Positions 63,385-64,000 of a DNA stretch of 64,000 bases are shown here, piece after piece. Source of the DNA: an uncultured cyanobacterium (GTDB taxonomy: Bacteria; Cyanobacteriota; Cyanobacteriia; Cyanobacteriales; Cyanobacteriaceae); contig CAVQBA010000004.1 of assembly GCA_963710605.1 (NCBI GenBank), positions 192,001-256,000 of the forward strand, in the 5' to 3' direction. Every line of letters begins with the position of its first letter. Within the stretch, counting starts at the first letter, position 1. Position numbers and translations under genes: made by a program. The notes below the pieces were generated by a model. That model worked only from the letters and a program-made list of their open reading frames with translations. It did not search any database and was not told where the DNA came from.

Positions 63385-63528
63385 TTTGATCAAGTTATAA
63401 ATTAGATGTTATTTTTAGCGATGAAAGATAATTATTAAAATTGAAAATTACAATCGGTTTTGATTATTTCTAATCCTTTCTTGAGCAAAAAAGGAAACGA
63501 ATATTGTTTTTCAAATGTTAATTGCTAT

Positions 63529-64000
63529 TTATAGTTTTTTTACTTCTTCATAAAATTGATTCCACAGAGAAATTAATTGAGGATTACTCTTTACTCCTTT
63601 TTGAATTAAAACTACTCCGTTTTTAAAATCAATTAAACCAAATTGTTGATCAGTAAGTAATGTTTTAATTTTATCTGTATTATTTTTTAACAAATCTCGA
63701 TCGCCACTGAAAGCTGATTGATAATGTTTTAATCGCCATAAATCCGCCATAATATAATCAACAGTAATTAATTGTTGTTGATCATTAATCAATTGAATAC
63801 CGCCATCTAAACGAATAATTTCTCGACGACTAGACAAGTGAGGTATTAAATAAGTAGTAGCTGAAACGCTAGCATTATCAGGAATTTGTGCTAATATACT
63901 TCTAATCTGCGACGATCGTTGCCATTGTTGCGGTAAAGAAACATAAACCCAAGGATCAATCGAATCAGGAATCAAAAAATAAAAAGTACGATTAGGATTG
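63529..64000 (-). CDS. DUF2079-like membrane protein, C-terminal part (start lies beyond the window)
   Basis: Frame open to the window edge; IPDNASVSATTYLIPHLSSRREI motif. Confidence 0.7.
   Translation of the reverse strand, partial: NPNRTFYFLIPDSIDPWVYVSLPQQWQRSSQIRSILAQIPDNASVSATTYLIPHLSSRREIIRLDGGIQLINDQQQLITVDYIMADLWRLKHYQSAFSGDRDLLKNNTDKIKTLLTDQQFGLIDFKNGVVLIQKGVKSNPQLISLWNQFYEEVKKL

Overview
AT-rich cyanobacterial chromosome window (petF, chlG, flavodiiron protein, group 2 sigma factor, Hik2-like kinase, dense CGATCG/HIP1 sites, heptamer tandem repeats; the style suggests a unicellular Cyanobacterium/Geminocystis-like strain, which is inference). Most of it is housekeeping: argF, purE, ureG, fni, serA, prmA, cysS, pyrH-frr, aroK, tex, glgX, bioB, chlG, rlmB. 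I saw no rRNA, tRNA, CRISPR array or intact transposase. Points of most interest: (1) an orphan CxC-hook DndD-like ABC ATPase translationally coupled to a 57-aa ORF missing from the ORF track; (2) a 693-aa protein with a twin-arginine signal and Gly/Ala-rich membrane helices, next to alkene-reductase and RNase HII remnants and MITE-like ends; (3) an Rpn-like ORF with an internal AAGGAGG and in-frame ATG; (4) a glucosylglycerol hydrolase gene split by a 1-nt frameshift; (5) a 71-aa Cys/His-rich peptide; (6) several families of tiny repeats, including a hairpin element nested in another hairpin repeat at the same position twice. All family assignments come from motif recognition by eye; no searches were run.
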